Positions 63,861 to 64,000 of a stretch of DNA of 64,000 nucleotides are shown here, in pieces. The stretch covers positions 2,542,001-2,606,000 of the forward strand of contig CATNEN010000008.1 of assembly GCA_950097015.1 (NCBI GenBank), read 5' to 3'. The translations under genes were made by a program, and so were the position numbers. Position 1 is the first letter of the stretch; each line of letters begins with the position of its first letter. Source of the stretch: Macrostomum hystrix (taxonomy: Eukaryota > Animalia > Platyhelminthes). The notes beneath the pieces are model-generated. The model searched no databases. It worked only from the letters and a program-made list of their open reading frames with translations, and was not told where the DNA came from.

Positions 63861-64000
63861 TAAGTTTTCAGATCGGATTGTATGTTGAATAAAATAGTGT
63901 TTTTAGGTTGATTTGTTGTACAGTATTTTAACTGTATTTAACTTTACCTAAATGTAAGGTAAATTAAAAAACCGCAGCACCAAAATTTATGGCCCCACTA

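Overview
Intron-rich animal genomic DNA. GC-rich exons, about 30 unrelated intronic or intergenic minisatellites and short GT-AG introns suggest a free-living flatworm such as Macrostomum (inference only). Genes supported by hand-spliced exons are: tubulin-folding cofactor D (TBCD, -, 2041-11430); DNPH1/Rcl (-, 12314-12828); a type-I membrane receptor with an F-type-lectin-like domain, four Cys-rich Ig-like modules, an FN3-like region, a TM helix and a Tyr-motif tail (+, 16126 to about 23000); a melatonin-receptor-like GPCR (-, 28588-33058); an intronless sigma-like GST (+, 38868-39482); a prohormone-like secreted peptide (-, about 41422-42359); an NR1-type nuclear receptor with an atypical second zinc finger (-, about 48157-53070); and the 3' end of AMP deaminase (-, 61927-63389). 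The window also holds tRNA-derived SINEs, decayed LINE ends and small hairpin elements. Most long ORFs in the supplied track are translations of minisatellites. The best leads are (1) the lectin-Ig receptor with recently triplicated exons and a switchable ITSM-like tail, (2) a probable DNPH1-TBCD operon in which TBCD has no ATG of its own and may take it from a trans-spliced leader, (3) a nuclear receptor lacking a zinc-ligand Cys, (4) a DNPH1 with a remodelled phosphate loop, and (5) satellites built from duplicated splice sites.
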